Origin: Octopus sinensis
Lineage: Eukaryota
DNA: 64,000 nucleotides
Reading direction: 5' to 3'
Assembly: GCF_006345805.1 (NCBI RefSeq)
Contig: NC_042999.1
Location: forward strand, 128,526,001 to 128,590,000
Shown here: one piece after another, positions 63,700 to 64,000 of the stretch
Layout: every line of letters begins with the position of its first letter
Position numbering within the stretch: position 1 is the first letter of the stretch
Position numbers and translations under genes: made by a program
The notes under the pieces: model-generated
The model's database searches: none
Told to the model about the DNA's origin: nothing
Seen by the model: only the letters and a program-made list of their open reading frames with translations

Positions 63700-64000
63700 T
63701 GTGGCTGTATGATTAAGAGGATCACATTACAATCAAATGGTTTTGAGTTCAGTCCCACTGTGCGACACCTTGGGAAAGTATCATCTGCTACAGCCCAGGG
63801 GCTAGTTAATGCCGTGTGAGTAAATTTGGTAGCAGAAACCCATCATGTGTGTATTTGTTCCTCATAACTCATTGACAATCGGTGTTGGTTTGTTATCGTC
63901 ACCGTCAACTAGCGGTTCGGTAAAAATGACCGATAGAATAAGAACCCTACAAAAAAAAAAGAACTGGATTCGATTCGTTCGACTTCCAAGGCGGTGCTCC
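63700..64000 (+). mobile_element. SINE family 2, cut by window end
   Basis: GTGGCTGTATGATTAAG...GAGTTCAGTCCCACTG...AGCGGTTCGGTAAAAATGACCGATAGAATAAG. Confidence 0.75.

Overview
AT-rich, repeat-saturated eukaryotic DNA with no confidently identifiable host protein-coding gene, rRNA, true tRNA or CRISPR array. The SINE families and the dense (CATA)n/(TA)n/(AAT)n microsatellites resemble Octopus (coleoid cephalopod) genomic DNA; this is recalled resemblance, not a database result. Most ORFs in the track are microsatellite artefacts. Real coding remnants are all transposon-derived: a full-length Tx1-like (L1 group) LINE, five R4/Dong-like RLE retrotransposons, a CRE-like RLE fragment, Penelope RT and GIY-YIG fragments, two mariners, a Helitron Pif1 fragment and a probable hAT-type transposase N-terminus. 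The main result is a three-part system visible directly in the sequence. (1) The Tx1 LINE sits at a 12-13 bp site (GTATTTCGTCTG) inside the tRNA-derived head of a SINE. (2) A variant of that SINE carries a 3' tail matching the LINE 3' end at 29/34 nt. (3) That variant occupies the same site of related SINE copies at two independent loci, building head-to-tail arrays. Also notable are three families of hammerhead-ribozyme-like motifs (one inside a ~920-bp near-perfect palindrome), a perfect 142-bp direct-repeat element of unknown family, and modular or tandem Helitrons.
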